From the NCBI GenBank assembly GCA_963693365.1, contig CAVNZM010000005.1:10024334-10088333 (forward strand): DNA of 64,000 bases, in the 5' to 3' direction. Under the pieces are notes generated by a model. The model made no database searches. It saw only the letters and a program-made list of their open reading frames with translations, and had not been told where the DNA came from. This document shows positions 63,145 through 64,000 of this stretch, one piece after another. The position numbers and the translations under genes are program-made. This stretch comes from Amoebidium appalachense. Its lineage: Eukaryota; Protista; Ichthyosporea. Numbering within the stretch: position 1 is the stretch's first letter; the number at the start of each line of letters is the position of its first letter.

Positions 63145-63605
63145 CACAGAGAGAGGGGAGGGAGGGGGGGAGGGAGGGGGGGGGGGGGGGGGGGGGGGAG
63201 GGGGGGGGACGTAGCAAGGAAATACATACAGCAAGGTCCTCGTGGGCAGTGCCCAGGGTGGCACGTGATATTCTCTGCAGGAGAGTCCTAAGGCTGTATT
63301 TCCTTTTTTGGGTGCCGGTGGCAAATAGTGGCAGAGAGGGAAGTGACAAAATCCCGAGACTCCCCTGCCGGACCGCCGCCACCGGCGCAAGAGGCACCGA
63401 CCCGAAAGCACACAGCGACCCGGATCGATCGACGGAGAGGGTCGAATCGGATCGGAATTTGGCCATTGGGATCGATCGGATTTGATCGGTTGGGTTGCGG
63501 GTGGAATGCATTTCGCCGCCTTGCATCAGGCGCTGCTCCGTGTCATTGAGAATTTCGTAAATTTGCTCCCGGATTCCCCGATCGATAATCCGCTTCTTGT
63601 TCAGG
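58064..63605 (-). CDS. RSPRY1: RING finger and SPRY domain protein (RSPRY1-like); 5' end probably beyond the window
   Basis: Exons near 61500-61391, 60909-60852, 60250-60128, 59777-59605, 59085-58898 and 58400-58064. They give [27 protein letters not shown]....[42 protein letters not shown] and a C3HC4 RING (CQICFD...[11 protein letters not shown]....DCPMCR). Upstream exons (62300-63600) are less certain. Confidence 0.88.
58644..58758. repeat. Tandem duplication of about 58 bp in an RSPRY1 intron
   Basis: CAGTGAGTGACTGCTAAGGAGCGGTGAGGGCCTGTGTAAAAAACCTCCGAG occurs twice. Confidence 0.85.
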
Positions 63606-64000
63606 GCTGGTTGGGCGGGTGGACGGATGGGTGAGTGGGTGGGTAGGTTGGTAGAAAAGCGAGGGGGGGGGAGGGGGGGGGGGGGGGGGGGAGAAGGGGG
63701 AGGGATGGGGGGTGGGGGGAGAGAGAGAGAGGGGGGGGGGGGGGGGGGAAGATAGATGGAAGTACTGCATGATGGATTGTGTGACGTAATGGTTGGTTGG
63801 GATCTTTTGTGTGATGAGTCGTGGCCCCCTCCACATTCAAACACGAGGGGAGTTCTTCCCCAATCAAATATGACAGAGGCATTTCTCCATTAATTTAAAG
63901 TTATATGGTTCATGGGGCGCAGGGGGGAAGTAGAAAAGGAGGAGAGTAAACGACACATGAAAAGCAGAAAGAGAAGGACGGGACTTGAATGTATGCTACT

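Overview
Intron-rich eukaryotic DNA, saturated with poly(C)/poly(G), (CA)n/(TG)n and (GA)n tracts. Almost all ORFs in the supplied track are microsatellite artefacts. The gene set suggests a holozoan or other opisthokont, but this is inference only. Manual splicing recovers the 3' half of an epsin (+), a SMYD-type SET protein (-), STEEP1/CXorf56 (-), an unknown gene (+), TNFAIP8/TIPE (+) and an RSPRY1-like SPRY-RING gene (-). There is also an intronless POT/PTR peptide transporter present as a divergent inverted pair. The main unexplained system is a family of non-coding elements (about 20 copies or fragments, 3-4 subfamilies). They share a fixed end running into a poly(C) tract, are variably truncated at the other end, mostly sit inside C-tracts, carry a conserved hairpin, and all intronic copies I found face the host sense strand. 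This looks like a poly(C)/G-tract-targeting retroposon. Other points: a gene-replacement scar at the POT palindrome, a non-autonomous hAT-like element between the POT genes, a 176-bp near-perfect foldback, and a start codon split by an intron. Exon boundaries were read by eye and may be off by a few nt. Homopolymer indel errors are likely in this assembly.
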